Shown: positions 62,116 to 64,000 of the stretch, one piece after another
Layout: every line of letters starts with the position of its first letter
Position numbering within the stretch: the first letter of the stretch is position 1
Assembly (NCBI RefSeq): GCF_006345805.1
Contig: NC_043005.1
Span: 33,790,001-33,854,000 of the forward strand
Source of the DNA: Octopus sinensis
Lineage: Eukaryota
Direction of reading: 5' to 3'
DNA: 64,000 nt
The notes under the pieces: generated by a model
Told to the model about the DNA's origin: nothing
Databases searched by the model: none
Seen by the model: only the letters and a program-made list of their open reading frames with translations
Translations under genes and position numbers: made by a program

Positions 62116-64000
62116 AGTTGTGGAGAGAGCCATCGACACCTCTGGGAAATTGGAAAAATGGACTAGCCAAACTCTTACAAAAAGTAGTGTATTGGTTGAA
62201 ACGGAAAGGTCGTAGGAGTTGCTGAGAGTTCGTTAAGAGTTTGTATTTATTGGAGTATCGTGTTTAGTGGAGTAATTTGAAGCACGTCGTGTGAAGACAG
62301 TTGTGTCTATCTCCGCTTCGTGAATTCTGTATATCCAACGTATAGAAGGACATAAAAGTGGCAACGAGAATATCCACTTATAAAAGTGGCGACGAGTTTA
62401 TTCGAAGCTTACGTCGAACGTTAACATTTTCATTTGATACAAAATCAAGAAAAATTAGTTAACATGGAAGACTCCGTGGTGCAGTTGCAACAGCAGCAGC
62501 AACTACAACAGCAATAAAAGCAACAATACCAAGAGGTGCTAAAATTAATGTTGAAGTCCCAAAATACTTCAGATTCGTTCTCGCCAGATGGAGTAGCAAA
62601 CGCGATTGCAGAATTTAGTTATAACCCAGAAGAAGGTACTACTTTTTTGCATACTTCCGAAGATATGAAGAAATCTTCAAAGAGGAATGGGAAAATTGGA
62701 CGGACAATAAAAAGGTACGACTACTTTTAAGAAAATTATCCCCTGCCGAACACGAAAAATACTGTAACTACATTCTGCCCAAAAAACAATGTCAAATTTG
62801 TTTCGATGAAACATTTAAATTGTTATCGAAAATTTTCAGTGAGAGAAGTTCCCTATTCAATATTCGCTGGGGGGGGGGGGTAAATGTAGTAAAAAAAAAG
62901 ATGAAGATTTCGTCACCTATGTCGAGAATATGAAAAATTCAAATTAAAAGAATTAACCCCGGACATGTTCAAATGTATGATTTTTGTTCAAGGGTTAACT
63001 TCAAGCAAAGATGCAGAGATACGTACCCGGATATTGACAAAATTGGAACAAGACCAGAATTTGACTCTGTGGGCAGTAGTAGAGGAATGTCAGAGAATTA
63101 TTAATCTACAACATGACGCAAATAAAATTGAAGAAAAAGATTACCCTCACATGCATGCGTATCGACCTGTAATGGATGAGAAAAAAAGAAAAACGAAGAT
63201 CTAGACCCAATCTATGCTATAGGCGTGGAGGTCAGCATTTTAGAAAGTTTGTTTACATAAAAATCAATAATGTGAACGTGAAGTTATAGCTAGATACAGG
63301 CAGTGATATCACAATTAACACTGACACATGGAGAAAAATAGGAAAGCCTACATTAATGGAAACTTCAAAAATTGCGAAAGGTGTCTCAAGCAAAAAATTA
63401 TATTTTGGGGGCGAAATGATTACTAAGGTTACATTTCAGGGTAAAAACTTTAAAGCAAAAGATTTTGTGTTGATTGATGCAACAAACTTGTTCGGTACTG
63501 ACTGGATGGAGTTGTTTAATTTATGGGACTTCCCCATAAATCTGATCTGTAAAAATATAAATGGTTTTTCCTTCAGTGAAAACAAGTCGTCAACGAATTG
63601 AAAGAAAAAATTAAAAATATTTTTCCTGAAGTTCTATCCGACAAATTAAGTCTGTGTCCAAGACAAAGGCGTGTTTTCAAATAAAAGAAAACGCCATACC
63701 AGTATTTAAACCAAAACGAATGGTACCTTGCGCAGCGATGAAGCAATGAAGAACTAGAGAGACTAGAAAAAATTGGAGTTATCCAAAAAGTGGAATATTC
63801 TAAATGGGCAGCATCAACTTCGTATATTAAGAAAAAATAATAAAATTAGAGTGAGTGCTGCTTTTCTCACTGGTTTCAACGAATGTCTTAAACGTACCAC
63901 TATTGTATACCCACACGGGAGGATATTTTTGTGAAGTTAAACGGTGGAAAGTTATTCTCTAAATTGGATCTCTCTGACGCGTTCCTACAAATTAGAGTTG
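62116..64000 (+). mobile_element. Ty3/Gypsy LTR retrotransposon, 5' part (LTR, PBS, gag, protease, start of RT), runs off the right edge
   Basis: LTR about 62116-62357; PBS tggcgacgag; gag FSYNPEEG..F and FVQGLTS..DAEIRTRIL; protease LDTGSDITI; RT WAAS and FSKLDLSDAFLQI; many stops and frameshifts. Confidence 0.88.

Overview
AT-rich, microsatellite-dense eukaryotic (metazoan) genomic DNA. The repeat content resembles octopus/cephalopod DNA, but that assignment is inference. Two intron-containing host genes were reconstructed by hand on the minus strand. (1) The 5' seven coding exons of a collagen prolyl 4-hydroxylase alpha subunit (P4HA family; ATG at 27261, last exon seen 4200-4364, catalytic exons probably off the left edge). 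(2) Three coding exons of a GM2-activator-like ML-domain protein (49751-53538; first exon not resolved). The rest is mostly decayed mobile DNA: at least five R4/Dong-type RLE LINE subfamilies sitting in (AAT)n tracts, L1/Tx1-type LINEs, RTE and CR1 fragments, a Penelope-like element, two Ty3/Gypsy elements plus a split solo LTR, hAT/Harbinger/Helitron-type non-autonomous elements and several tRNA-derived SINEs. The most notable observations are: a Penelope 3' end carrying a tRNA-like Pol III promoter followed by a complete minimal hammerhead ribozyme (40423-40468, minus); a SINE whose tail resembles the 3' UTR of a local Tx1 LINE and follows Tx1 (ATT)n tails; a strand switch near 35 kb in the orientation of (AAT)n tracts and the elements that sit in them; and a non-canonical GC donor at a conserved P4HA exon boundary. 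Most ORFs in the supplied track are microsatellite or transposon artefacts. All identifications are by-eye motif and alignment calls; no searches were run.
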